From a virus (Duplodnaviria > Caudoviricetes), in the IMG/VR virus record IMGVR_UViG_3300025530_000016, positions 1 to 53,451 of that record: a DNA stretch of 53,451 bases. The stretch is one strand, 5' to 3'. Below the pieces are notes generated by a model, which did not search any database, was not told where the DNA came from, and worked only from the letters and a program-made list of their open reading frames with translations. Positions 44,280-53,225 of this stretch are shown in pieces (position 1 is the stretch's first letter; each line of letters starts with the position of its first letter). The position numbers and the translations under genes were made by a program.

Positions 44280-44777
44280 ATGAAACAATTGCGATTTAAG
44301 AAACTTCATCCAGATGTAATCATTCCCACAAGGGCAAATCCTATTGATGTAGGACTTGATTTATATGCTTTGGAGGACGTTGTTATTCCTCCAACGATGA
44401 CAGGACTAGAAGGGAGAGTTATGGGGAATATGGAATGCGGTTTTCTACCATACCTTCCAACTGAAATCGGAAAAGCAAAAATAAAAACGGGCCTTGCGGT
44501 AGAAATACCGCAGGGCTATTACGGAAAAGTATCTAGCCGCAGTGGGTTAGCATTCAAACATGGGATATTCAGTTTTGATGGCACGATAGACGCGGGATAT
44601 AGGGGAGAAATCGGAATCCTTCTGTATAACACAAAAGATAAACCATATCAGGTAAGGAAAGGCGATAAGGTGGCTCAACTGATTATCTTGCCATGTGCTT
44701 TATTAGAACCGGTTGAAGCGGATGAATTAAGTGATTCTGACCGCGGAGAAAAAGGATTCGGGAGTAGTGGGAAGTGA
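44280..44777 (+). CDS. dut: Trimeric dUTPase
   Basis: GLDL, RSGLA, GTIDAGYRGEI, AQL, RGEKGFGSSG motifs. Confidence 0.95.
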   Translation: MKQLRFKKLHPDVIIPTRANPIDVGLDLYALEDVVIPPTMTGLEGRVMGNMECGFLPYLPTEIGKAKIKTGLAVEIPQGYYGKVSSRSGLAFKHGIFSFDGTIDAGYRGEIGILLYNTKDKPYQVRKGDKVAQLIILPCALLEPVEADELSDSDRGEKGFGSSGK

Positions 44778-44968
44778 ACGACATGATTAAGTTTAAGATT
44801 GGCGGTGCGGCGGTATATGCCACTCGTCTGCAAAAGTCGTTTTTACCTGAGAGAAACGTTGTTTTTGCCATTGTAAAAAGATAAACAATATTCCAATGCA
44901 CGAAACAAAAAAGCGTCTTATAAGGCAAAATCAAACGCTTACATTTTGATCTAGCTGGAGGTGGAAAT

Positions 44969-45373
44969 GTGGAGCGGCTCATCATTAATGAATTGCCTCC
45001 ATCGGTCAATCACATGTATGCCAACAGAGTAATTTACTATTACGACAAACAAGGAAAAAGACGAATGAAGCGTATACGTGTATTGAACAAAGAGGCGCAA
45101 AAGTGGTTCGACGATACGGTTATCACTACTTCAGTTTGGCGCACTGAAAACAAATGGGAAACAGCAAAGGGAAAGGTTATCGTCCGCCTTTGGTTTTACT
45201 TCAAGTCTAACAGACATGGCGATACGCATAATGGCTTGAAAGTACTGTTGGACGCATTTGAGGATGCGCTAATCTATGAAAATGACAAGTATGCGTTACC
45301 AAGGGTGATGGATTACAAGATTGACAAGACGAATCCCAGACTTGAGGTGGAATTTGAGAAGGTGAGCGAATGA
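44969..45373 (+). CDS. RusA-like Holliday junction resolvase
   Basis: PPSVNHMY, DTHNGLKVLLDA, YEND, NPRLEV. Confidence 0.85.
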   Translation: MERLIINELPPSVNHMYANRVIYYYDKQGKRRMKRIRVLNKEAQKWFDDTVITTSVWRTENKWETAKGKVIVRLWFYFKSNRHGDTHNGLKVLLDAFEDALIYENDKYALPRVMDYKIDKTNPRLEVEFEKVSE

Positions 45374-45617
45374 AACTGAATCGCGATCAAATCCGAAACG
45401 AACTGAAACGACTAAAGAAAATGACGGCCAGCGTGCTTCGGGACGAACTCAACTATATGCATACGAGAGCCTATGAACTGGCCGCGAAGCACTATCAAGA
45501 GGCCATGGATATTGTACTGACTCCCAAACAAAAGATGCGGTAGTGGCGAAGGCTGCTGAAATCCGGGAACTGTGGGATGGAATTCATGAAGTGACAATCG
45601 ACACAACGAAAGGATGA
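45370..45617 (+). CDS. Hypothetical protein interrupted by a -1 frameshift
   Basis: 0-frame stops at 45543; -1 frame continues DAVVAKAAEIRELWDG to 45617; CAA AAG at 45529-45534. Confidence 0.5.
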
Positions 45618-45624
45618 ACGAAGC

Positions 45625-45873
45625 ATGAAAGTGAAAATCGGCAACCGAATCTATGACAGCAAAGATCAACCGATCATGGTGATATTTGATAAAGGCGAGA
45701 AAGAATTGATCTCCCATATGAAGCCGGACGACATGAAATTCTGTGCATTTCCCATACTTTCAACCGTTAGCGAAATCGAAGCATTCATGGGGATTGAGGA
45801 TGAAAATCAATTATCAATGGTGATCGAAAACGGAACAATCTTTGTACCTGGATATTCGGGTGAGTGGATATGA
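45625..45873 (+). CDS. Hypothetical phage protein
   Basis: MKVKIGNRIYDSKDQPIMVIF; stop overlaps methylase start. Confidence 0.7.
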   Translation: MKVKIGNRIYDSKDQPIMVIFDKGEKELISHMKPDDMKFCAFPILSTVSEIEAFMGIEDENQLSMVIENGTIFVPGYSGEWI

Positions 45874-46700
45874 AATTAGGTTCACTGTTCGATGGAATCG
45901 GCGGATTCCCTCTCGTCGCCACATGGTACGGGATAGAACCGGTTTGGGCAAGCGAAATCGAATCAGCGCCGATCAGCATCACGAAACGACACTTCCCAAA
46001 CATGAAACATTTGGGCGACATAACAAAGATTAACGGCGCGGAGATTGAGCCAGTTGACATTATCACGTTCGGCAGTCCTTGCCAAGATTTAAGTGTGGCA
46101 GGAAAACGAGCAGGACTTGCAGGAGCGAGATCGGGTCTGTTCAGCGAAGCAATCCGAATCATCGAGGAAATGAGGGAAGCAACTAATGGTTTATATCCAA
46201 CTTGGGCTATTTGGGAAAACGTCCCAGGAGCTTTGTCATCAAATGACGGGCTGGATTTTAGAGCCGTGCTCCAATCCTTCTGTAACACCGAAATTCCAAT
46301 GCCTGCCTCTGGAAGATGGGCAAACGCTGGAATGGTGCGAGGCGGAAGATGTGACGTTGCATGGCGCATCTTGGATGCCCAATTTTGGGGAGTCCCCCAA
46401 CGTCGCAAGAGAATCTTTCTTGTCGCAGATTTTGGAGGACAACGTGCCGCAGAAGTATTATTTAAGCCCGAGGGCGTGTCTCGGTATTTTGCGACGGGCG
46501 GAGCGGCGGGGGAAGGATTTGCCGGAAATGTTGAAAGCGGCATTAGAAGCACAAGCGGGGTTAACCAAAACGCAAACGGAGAAATCAGAACAAGTGACGT
46601 TGCTTACACACTCAACACAAACAGCAATGCAAGCGGAAGAAACGCGCCACTGGTCTATGACTGCCGAGGAAACGGAGACGGAAGAACAAGTTGCACATGA
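45870..46700 (+). CDS. C5-cytosine DNA methyltransferase, N-terminal part (motifs I-VIII)
   Basis: LFDGIGG, GDI, GSPCQ, ENV, PQRRKRIF. Confidence 0.9.
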   Translation: MKLGSLFDGIGGFPLVATWYGIEPVWASEIESAPISITKRHFPNMKHLGDITKINGAEIEPVDIITFGSPCQDLSVAGKRAGLAGARSGLFSEAIRIIEEMREATNGLYPTWAIWENVPGALSSNDGLDFRAVLQSFCNTEIPMPASGRWANAGMVRGGRCDVAWRILDAQFWGVPQRRKRIFLVADFGGQRAAEVLFKPEGVSRYFATGGAAGEGFAGNVESGIRSTSGVNQNANGEIRTSDVAYTLNTNSNASGRNAPLVYDCRGNGDGRTSCT

Positions 46701-46764
46701 CGGGAGATCATCAAAGTCGGGTGACAGATTATACAGCGATATGCATTGCTGCAAATACGATTGA
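46186..46764 (+). CDS. Alternative-frame gene nested in the methylase (beta-polypeptide-like)
   Basis: Own RBS GAGGGA; 192 aa; LSQILEDNVPQKYYLSPRACLGILRRAERRGKDLP. Confidence 0.6.
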   Translation: MVYIQLGLFGKTSQELCHQMTGWILEPCSNPSVTPKFQCLPLEDGQTLEWCEAEDVTLHGASWMPNFGESPNVARESFLSQILEDNVPQKYYLSPRACLGILRRAERRGKDLPEMLKAALEAQAGLTKTQTEKSEQVTLLTHSTQTAMQAEETRHWSMTAEETETEEQVAHDGRSSKSGDRLYSDMHCCKYD

Positions 46765-47359
46765 TCGCCAGCCACAGAATGGTGGAAATGGGTTAGGTGT
46801 GCAGGAAGAACTGGCATATACACTCACAAGCGCAGACCGACACGCCGTTGCCATTGGAGTGTTCGCGGGTGGCAATGGCGCAAAATCTTGGTTGTCATAC
46901 AGCGAAAGCGTGACCCCAACTCTTAAAGCGGCAGGATCATCACTAAATCAAGCACCAACAGTCTGCTTCGGATTTAAATCCTTCAGGGAATATGAACCAA
47001 CAGAGAAAAGTAAAACACTCATGGCTTGTGATGACATTACAACAGGTGACTTAATCGCATCGGTAGATTGCCGAAACCTGAACGAAAACGGTGATGTATC
47101 CGGTACATTACAAGCGAAAGAAACGGGAGGCTACTCATTGAATTACACCAATCCTGTACGAGTGAAGCAAACGGTAAGGCGTTTGACTCCGAAAGAATGC
47201 GAAAGACTTCAGGGCTTTCCTGATGATTGGAGTAGGTACGGCCATGACGGTAAAGAGATCAGCGATAGCGCACGATATAAGGCAATCGGAAATAGTTTGG
47301 CCTTGCCGTGTGTGGAATATCTGATTGCGGGTATTGTGGGCGTATCGCAAAATCACTGA
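46697..47359 (+). CDS. C5-cytosine DNA methyltransferase, C-terminal part (TRDs, motifs IX-X)
   Basis: RRLTPKECERLQGFPD and RYKAIGNS; ATG overlaps upstream TGA. Confidence 0.85.
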   Translation: MTGDHQSRVTDYTAICIAANTIDRQPQNGGNGLGVQEELAYTLTSADRHAVAIGVFAGGNGAKSWLSYSESVTPTLKAAGSSLNQAPTVCFGFKSFREYEPTEKSKTLMACDDITTGDLIASVDCRNLNENGDVSGTLQAKETGGYSLNYTNPVRVKQTVRRLTPKECERLQGFPDDWSRYGHDGKEISDSARYKAIGNSLALPCVEYLIAGIVGVSQNH

Positions 47360-47387
47360 AAGGTAAAAGGAGCATAAGAGAGTTTAT

Positions 47388-47609
47388 TTATCCCTTATGC
47401 TCCTCATCCCTCAATTCGATCAATTCTCGAATGTCCGTTATATTTAGTGCTTCCGCCACCTTTGCTAGATGTTCACGATTAATGGCAGTTCGGACATTGT
47501 TACAAAGATCGCTTATGGAAGCAGGACGAATCTTTGTAAGCTCGGACAGTTCTTTTTGCGTCATATTTCGTTCTTTAAGGACTTCATTCAACCTGACGTT
47601 TACCTTCAT
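47388..47609 (-). CDS. Cro/C1-type HTH repressor (YozG-like)
   Basis: LKERNMTQKELSELTKIRPASISDLCNN; RBS AGGAGG. Confidence 0.85.
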   Translation of the reverse strand: MKVNVRLNEVLKERNMTQKELSELTKIRPASISDLCNNVRTAINREHLAKVAEALNITDIRELIELRDEEHKG

Positions 47610-47656
47610 ACACAACCCTCCTACCGAAAGAATAGCACATAATATAATTTTTCGCA

Positions 47657-47741
47657 ATTACGAATATTAGTATTGACAATTACGTATATGGGTAATATAC
47701 TTATATCAGAAATAACGAAATAACGAATAAACGAATAATCG
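47657..47741 (+). promoter_or_regulatory. Near-consensus sigA promoter with tandem operators
   Basis: TTGACA (47673)-17nt-TATACT (47696); ATTACGnATATnnGTAnT at 47657 and 47679; AATAACG-like repeats 47711-47741. Confidence 0.8.
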
Positions 47742-47774
47742 TCGGCGGACGGTAAATGTGGGAGGGTAACGAGG

Positions 47775-48686
47775 ATGGATGTAACAGAAAAGCAATATGT
47801 GTTAAACCGCGGAACCAACAGGATTGAATTGCGATTTGAAAAGTCGGAGTATGCTGCGCTTCCAGAAAATTTGAAATCGAAATTAAAACGCTTTTTCTCT
47901 TGGAGCAGATATGCCGGTGCTTGGATATCGAAAAGCACGAAAGACCATTACATGGCGATTCGCATTGCTAAACAATTGGGATTCATGGATGGCGGCAAAA
48001 TTGGCGAACGTTTAAGTTTCGCCGAAGAAGTTGAGCGAAAAGCTGAAAAGGCGGAACGCCGAGCTGAACGATACGAGCAATATGCAAACAACGCCGAAAA
48101 GCGCGCAGAAGCTTTACAAGCAGAAATGAATGAAAGATTTAAGGAACATGATATTGCATTTTTCACTCAACCTATTATTGCTGGACACGCAGGATCGGAA
48201 CGGTTTGCCCGGCAGCGACAACGTATTTATGACCGCTATCATAAGGGTTTTGAAGAATACAGAAAGTCGGAATACTTCCGCCAAAAAGCTATGACAGCAC
48301 AACAAACGGCAAGCATGGCTCGATTGCAGGATAAAGCATATTTAAATAACAGGATCGAGGAATGTAACGCCAATATTAGAAAATTTAAAAAACTTATTGC
48401 AACAGCAGAAGAACAGAATAACAGCAATTGGCTAGAAAGTTTACTGGAAAAAATGGAATACGAGATTGATAAACTGGCCTACTTTCAAAACGCATTAGAT
48501 GAAATTGGCGGTGTGCAGTACAACAAAGAAAATATAAAGGTTGGATATCTCGTAAAGATTCGCGGGAATTGGAGGGTGGTTGTAAAAGCGAATCCAAAGA
48601 CGGTCGAAACAAAGATCCCCAATGTACCGTTTACGCTTAAATATTCATACGCCGAAATTGAAGAAACAAAAACACCGGGAGCCTGA
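47775..48686 (+). CDS. DUF3560 domain protein
   Basis: ERRAERY...FFTQPIIAGHAGSERFARQR...EEYRKSEY...YLNNRI. Confidence 0.75.
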   Translation: MDVTEKQYVLNRGTNRIELRFEKSEYAALPENLKSKLKRFFSWSRYAGAWISKSTKDHYMAIRIAKQLGFMDGGKIGERLSFAEEVERKAEKAERRAERYEQYANNAEKRAEALQAEMNERFKEHDIAFFTQPIIAGHAGSERFARQRQRIYDRYHKGFEEYRKSEYFRQKAMTAQQTASMARLQDKAYLNNRIEECNANIRKFKKLIATAEEQNNSNWLESLLEKMEYEIDKLAYFQNALDEIGGVQYNKENIKVGYLVKIRGNWRVVVKANPKTVETKIPNVPFTLKYSYAEIEETKTPGA

Positions 48687-48727
48687 CGGCTCCCGGGTGG
48701 AACAAACCGGATATCTTGAGAAAGCAG

Positions 48728-49087
48728 GTGAACATATTGAGATATATCACGCTGGATGAAGCGCCAGAGATTTTGCGCCAAAGTGTTGAAGAAGAAATGG
48801 GGAGGTTCCCTTTCGCGAAGCTTCTTTCGGTCACGGAATACACATCAACACCATTCAAGGACAAAACGGTGATCGAAACAAAATATACGGCGCATATCGA
48901 GATCGGGAATTACTTCTTGGTGTTGAAGTATAGGGTTTGCACGAATCCGGATTGGACGGACCTGGAAGTGAAGTCATGCGGAATGATCGCGGCGGAAATC
49001 ATCGAGTTTGTCAAGAACTCCGAAATGCTCCAATACGGTGTTCGGAGAGCGTTGCAAGAAGAAGGTGCTACAAGTGGATGCGGTTAA
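48728..49087 (+). CDS. Hypothetical protein
   Basis: ORF in the DUF3560 cassette; start uncertain. Confidence 0.55.
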   Translation: MNILRYITLDEAPEILRQSVEEEMGRFPFAKLLSVTEYTSTPFKDKTVIETKYTAHIEIGNYFLVLKYRVCTNPDWTDLEVKSCGMIAAEIIEFVKNSEMLQYGVRRALQEEGATSGCG

Positions 49088-49229
49088 AAAGGAATACAAC
49101 CGTTGTCTCGCATGTCGGCGTAGGCTTAAAAATACGAAGTACCGCCGAACTGGTATCGGGCCAAAATATAAGGAAAAGTACAGTAGGAAACAATCGGAAA
49201 AAGTAGTTCAGATGGAAATTGAATTTTGA
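49074..49229 (+). CDS. DUF6011-like small zinc-binding protein
   Basis: RCLACRRRL...GIGP; GTG 49074 with RBS AAGGTG. Confidence 0.55.
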   Translation: MDAVKKEYNRCLACRRRLKNTKYRRTGIGPKYKEKYSRKQSEKVVQMEIEF

Positions 49230-49246
49230 AAGGTGGTGAGCAAGAG

Positions 49247-49906
49247 ATGATGCTTCCTAAACCGGTAAAGCAACAGAAGGAAAAGAAACCGTATAACAGC
49301 CTTCAACGGAAAAAGGAAAAGAAACCCGTAGCACCGTGGCGGGAAAACATCCTTGCTCACCATCAGCCCAAAGCGTCAACTGCGGATCGCGGAGAGTTTC
49401 CGCGCAAAGTGATAAAAGAATTGATTGCAGAAGCTGGAGGGTTATGTCAATCCTGCCGAAAGAATCCCGACACCACGACGCATCATGTCTATCCGAGAGG
49501 GCGCGGCGGGCGCGGAGTCAAGACGAACGGGCTTCGCCTTTGCTGGCCGTGCCATGATCGAATCCAAACCAATGAGGCGGAACTTCAATATTGGATCAGC
49601 GTGTACCGTGAGAAATACGGGGATTTCTTCTGGTTCGATGAACAGGATTGGGGGGAATACAATCGGAAACAAGCAGCCATCCGGGAAGCAGAAGAAGAAC
49701 GCCGCCGGCGCATGGCTGAGATAGAACCGATAGTAAATCTTCTTTCAACTGCCGCCGGGCGGAAGCTGAAATCCGCGGAGATCCGATTGATTGACGGACT
49801 GGACGAACGGGAAATGGCTGTATTTGCAAATCTTATGAAAGATGTTATCGAAGCGCAACTTGATAAACCGCAAATCCCGTATGGGTATGGATTTTTTGAT
49901 GATTAG
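49247..49906 (+). CDS. HNH endonuclease domain protein
   Basis: CQSC...HHVYPRGRGG...NGLRLCWPCH. Confidence 0.85.
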   Translation: MMLPKPVKQQKEKKPYNSLQRKKEKKPVAPWRENILAHHQPKASTADRGEFPRKVIKELIAEAGGLCQSCRKNPDTTTHHVYPRGRGGRGVKTNGLRLCWPCHDRIQTNEAELQYWISVYREKYGDFFWFDEQDWGEYNRKQAAIREAEEERRRRMAEIEPIVNLLSTAAGRKLKSAEIRLIDGLDEREMAVFANLMKDVIEAQLDKPQIPYGYGFFDD

Positions 49907-49917
49907 GAGACTGAAAA

Positions 49918-50724
49918 ATGAAACAATACCACGCTTTGTTAAAAGATATTTTGGCGAACGGAAAGAGAAAAGAAGATCGGACAGGAACCGGAACGATAAG
50001 TATATTTGGCTATCAAATGCGGTTTAACTTGGAAGATGGGTTTCCGCTTGTTACGACAAAAAAAGTGCATTGGAAATCAGTGGTTTATGAATTGCTATGG
50101 TTCTTGCGCGGAGATACGAACATCAAATATTTGAATGACCATGGCGTGACCATATGGGATGAATGGGCGGACGAAAACGGAAACCTTGGTCCGATTTACG
50201 GAGAGCAGTGGCGTAGATGGCCGACTACAGTATGGCCGAAAGCATCCGTTTCATACGATCAAATTGCTGGCGTTATCCGCCAGATACGAGAAAATCCTAA
50301 TTCTCGACGTTTAATTGTATCGGCATGGAATGTTGAACAACTTGACCAAATGGCATTAGCTCCATGTCATTGCTTGTTTCAGTTTTATGTATCGGATAGG
50401 AAGTTGTCTTGCCAACTCTATCAGCGCAGCGCAGACGCATTTCTTGGTGTACCGTTCAATATTGCCAGCTATTCGCTATTAACACATATGATTGCACAAG
50501 TTACCGGATTAGGCGTTGGTGAATTTATTCATACGCTTGGAGATGCACATATCTATTTGAATCACTTAGAACAAGTTAACACACAATTGCAAAGGGAACC
50601 GCGCAAACTTCCTAAACTGATTTTGAATCCTGACATAACGGATATAGATGATTTTCGATATGAAGATATAACACTTCAAGGTTATGACCCGCATCCAGCG
50701 ATAAAAGCGCCGGTGGCAATATAA
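49918..50724 (+). CDS. thyA: Thymidylate synthase
   Basis: [36 protein letters not shown]. Confidence 0.97.
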   Translation: MKQYHALLKDILANGKRKEDRTGTGTISIFGYQMRFNLEDGFPLVTTKKVHWKSVVYELLWFLRGDTNIKYLNDHGVTIWDEWADENGNLGPIYGEQWRRWPTTVWPKASVSYDQIAGVIRQIRENPNSRRLIVSAWNVEQLDQMALAPCHCLFQFYVSDRKLSCQLYQRSADAFLGVPFNIASYSLLTHMIAQVTGLGVGEFIHTLGDAHIYLNHLEQVNTQLQREPRKLPKLILNPDITDIDDFRYEDITLQGYDPHPAIKAPVAI

Positions 50725-50744
50725 ACAAGAAGGGATGATAGAAA

Positions 50745-51170
50745 GTGCTCAATAGAGTTGTGCTGATTGGCCGTTTAACAAAGGATCCCGAACTGAGGTA
50801 TTCACCAACTGGTGTGGCTTTAGCCAATTTTACGTTGGCAGTGGACAGGGGATATAAGAATCAAAACGGAGAAAAGGAAACAGATTTTATTCCAATCGTT
50901 GTATGGAGACAACTCGCTGAAAATTGCGCGAACTATTTACGGAAGGGTAGGTTAGCAGCTGTCGAAGGGAAAATTCAAGTGCGCTCATATGAAAACAACG
51001 AAGGCCGCAAAGTATGGGTGACTGAAGTCGTTGCCGATAACGTCCGCTTCCTAGAAAGTGCGAATAAGGACAACAAAGGCAATTTTTCTGGCGGCGGAGG
51101 ATATGGCGGTGACCCATTCTACGATGATAGCAGACCAGTTGATATATCGAATGATGATTTACCTTTCTGA
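50745..51170 (+). CDS. ssb: Single-stranded DNA-binding protein
   Basis: [18 protein letters not shown]...DDLPF. Confidence 0.97.
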   Translation: MLNRVVLIGRLTKDPELRYSPTGVALANFTLAVDRGYKNQNGEKETDFIPIVVWRQLAENCANYLRKGRLAAVEGKIQVRSYENNEGRKVWVTEVVADNVRFLESANKDNKGNFSGGGGYGGDPFYDDSRPVDISNDDLPF

Positions 51171-51182
51171 GGAAGTGAGAGC

Positions 51183-51443
51183 ATGAAACAAACAACAGCT
51201 TATCACAAAACCTATGACTTAAACGATTGGGAAGGCGGCATAGGTGTTTTCTATACCAAAGGTGAACATGGAACTTTGGTCATATCCATACCGCGTTTCA
51301 GACTCTCGACGGCGTTAATCGGATACAACGATTATAACGGAATTGTCAATATGCTTATGCACAATCCGACGATGTATCACAAGCCGGACGAGATGGAAAC
51401 GTTAGCGAACATGATTTTGAACGATATACGGAGATTGAATTGA
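51183..51443 (+). CDS. Hypothetical protein
   Basis: Operon context, RBS. Confidence 0.6.
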   Translation: MKQTTAYHKTYDLNDWEGGIGVFYTKGEHGTLVISIPRFRLSTALIGYNDYNGIVNMLMHNPTMYHKPDEMETLANMILNDIRRLN

Positions 51444-51745
51444 GGGAGGGAAAGCGAGTGGATTTAGTTGAAATGTTTCGCTCAATTCCTATCGGAACAA
51501 AGGTTACGTTGATGGTCGAAAACACGTTTGGTCAGATAATACCGGTAAAAGCGACAATTGCCGGAGAGATTGAACAGCACGGATTTCTTTCGACGACGAG
51601 CGGAGCATGGTCATTGTACGGTGGGCCGGGATGGGAACCGTGTTACAGAGTGTATGTTCAGCCATATCGAAAAAAGAGGATTCGTGCGCTATTGATTGGG
51701 TTCGACATTCATGATGTTGAGGTTGGATGGAGGGAAAGTGGATGA
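51440..51745 (+). CDS. Hypothetical protein
   Basis: Operon context; start uncertain. Confidence 0.6.
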   Translation: MREGKRVDLVEMFRSIPIGTKVTLMVENTFGQIIPVKATIAGEIEQHGFLSTTSGAWSLYGGPGWEPCYRVYVQPYRKKRIRALLIGFDIHDVEVGWRESG

Positions 51746-52011
51746 CACCAGAAGAGATCATCAAACACTGTGACAAACAGATTGAGCTTGCTGGAGATCA
51801 GGCGTCAGTTGGTTTTCGTATCCCCGGACGTTGGGGCAAGACGGATACTCGGCGACTTTGGAAAGGCGGACCAATTGGCGAAATCGTGAACGATTTTGGA
51901 GACGGAACGATTTACGTCATGTTTTCGGCGGTGGAAGTTAAAAAGGCGGTTCAAAAGATTTTGGACGAATCCACCGTCTACGGCAACGACTGCCGGAAAT
52001 GTGAGATGTGA
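51742..52011 (+). CDS. Hypothetical protein
   Basis: ATGA overlap with upstream gene, RBS GGAGG. Confidence 0.6.
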   Translation: MTPEEIIKHCDKQIELAGDQASVGFRIPGRWGKTDTRRLWKGGPIGEIVNDFGDGTIYVMFSAVEVKKAVQKILDESTVYGNDCRKCEM

Positions 52012-52027
52012 AAGGAGCGAATGAACT

Positions 52028-52378
52028 ATGTACATCGTTCTCGTTGAACATCAAAATGCAGGAAAAAGATATGTGTTCGATTGCACGGCGTTAAGTAACA
52101 TCGTTCGATTGGGAGATACCGTTATTTGTGAAACCATCCGGGGGAAGCAAACAGGAAAAGCCGTTACAAACCCGATTCGGGTGGAATCCAACGACGGTTC
52201 GCTTGCAAGTTTGTTCAAGTTATGCGGCGCGTATTTTCCGATCAAGCGAATTGTCGGAATAGAGCGGCAAAAAGAACTGACCGCAGCCGAGAAAGAGCGT
52301 ATTGCTAAAGAATGGCTGAGAGAACGTCTGGGATGGAAGAGCGATCCGCTCGACCAGACGAACGAATTGCCGTTTTGA
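52028..52378 (+). CDS. Hypothetical phage protein
   Basis: RBS AAGGAG; KRYVF...GDTVICETIRG pattern. Confidence 0.65.
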   Translation: MYIVLVEHQNAGKRYVFDCTALSNIVRLGDTVICETIRGKQTGKAVTNPIRVESNDGSLASLFKLCGAYFPIKRIVGIERQKELTAAEKERIAKEWLRERLGWKSDPLDQTNELPF

Positions 52379-52393
52379 AAGGAGCGAACACGC

Positions 52394-52789
52394 ATGAGTG
52401 AATACCTGATCAAGAAAGCGGTGTTGGAGTGGTTAGACGACCGCAGATACAAATCGCCATGGATTGAGTCGTTTCGAGATCGCCTTGAATCCGGCGCATT
52501 CGATGCCCCAGAGATGGAGCATGTCAACGCATACTGGGCACGTGAAGGGTTAATCAAGCACCAGCAGGAAGAAATCCAGCGTCTTAGGGCGGCGTTGGAG
52601 ATGGCACAATCGGAATTGCGCTGGGGCGATCCCACAAACGCGATTGAACGCGTCGAACGGATCATCGACGAAGCCCTCTCCACCACGAGCGAACCGACCA
52701 ATGCGGCGAAGGTGAAGCGGATTGAATGCCCGTGTTGCGGATGTGAAATCAGCATCAACGCACCGGAAGGAGACGGGAACGATGTATAG
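52394..52789 (+). CDS. Hypothetical protein with coiled coil and CPCCGC motif
   Basis: RBS AAGGAG. Confidence 0.65.
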   Translation: MSEYLIKKAVLEWLDDRRYKSPWIESFRDRLESGAFDAPEMEHVNAYWAREGLIKHQQEEIQRLRAALEMAQSELRWGDPTNAIERVERIIDEALSTTSEPTNAAKVKRIECPCCGCEISINAPEGDGNDV

Positions 52790-52967
52790 GCTTGTGCGAA
52801 GATCAGACGGCGCAGTTCTCCAAATTTGCGAAGGAGATTTTCGGGAATTTTTACGGGAAAAATATGGTGGATATTTCGCTGTAAAAACAAAAGAAGGTAT
52901 TTTAAGCGGAGCCGCACGTTATGACGTATATTGGGAAGAAGTCGAGAAAGGAGACGGAAACAAATGA
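52782..52967 (+). CDS. Hypothetical protein
   Basis: RBS AAGGAG before ATG 52782. Confidence 0.55.
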   Translation: MYRLVRRSDGAVLQICEGDFREFLREKYGGYFAVKTKEGILSGAARYDVYWEEVEKGDGNK

Positions 52968-53221
52968 TACGGTTTAAAGGGGATGTCTATATTGCTCCTG
53001 AACAAATCATATCAATCGAACCGGGAGATAATGGATATTCCCAAATCAATACAGTGTCTGGTGTTTGCTTTGTTTCCGAATCCCCGCAGGAAGTCGCCCG
53101 CAAGGTGCTGGAGTGGCGGTTGGCGATGGAGGACTATCGGATTTTCATTCAAGGTGCGACTGTTGATGGAGATTACAATTTAACGGACAGACTGTTCGAA
53201 CTCGCCGGATTGGAGGAGTAA
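52964..53221 (+). CDS. FlbD/SwrD-like small protein
   Basis: VYIAPEQIISIE...INTVSGVCFVSESPQEVARKV resembles the FlbD pattern. Confidence 0.5.
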   Translation: MIRFKGDVYIAPEQIISIEPGDNGYSQINTVSGVCFVSESPQEVARKVLEWRLAMEDYRIFIQGATVDGDYNLTDRLFELAGLEE

Positions 53222-53225
53222 AGGG

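Noticed and set aside
44783-44954. Short 33-aa ORF (44783-44884) and possible frameshifted continuation between dut and rusA
   Set aside because: No recognisable motif; too little support to annotate
49247-50724. Group I intron with homing HNH in thyA
   Set aside because: thyA is continuous and full length; the HNH gene is free-standing upstream
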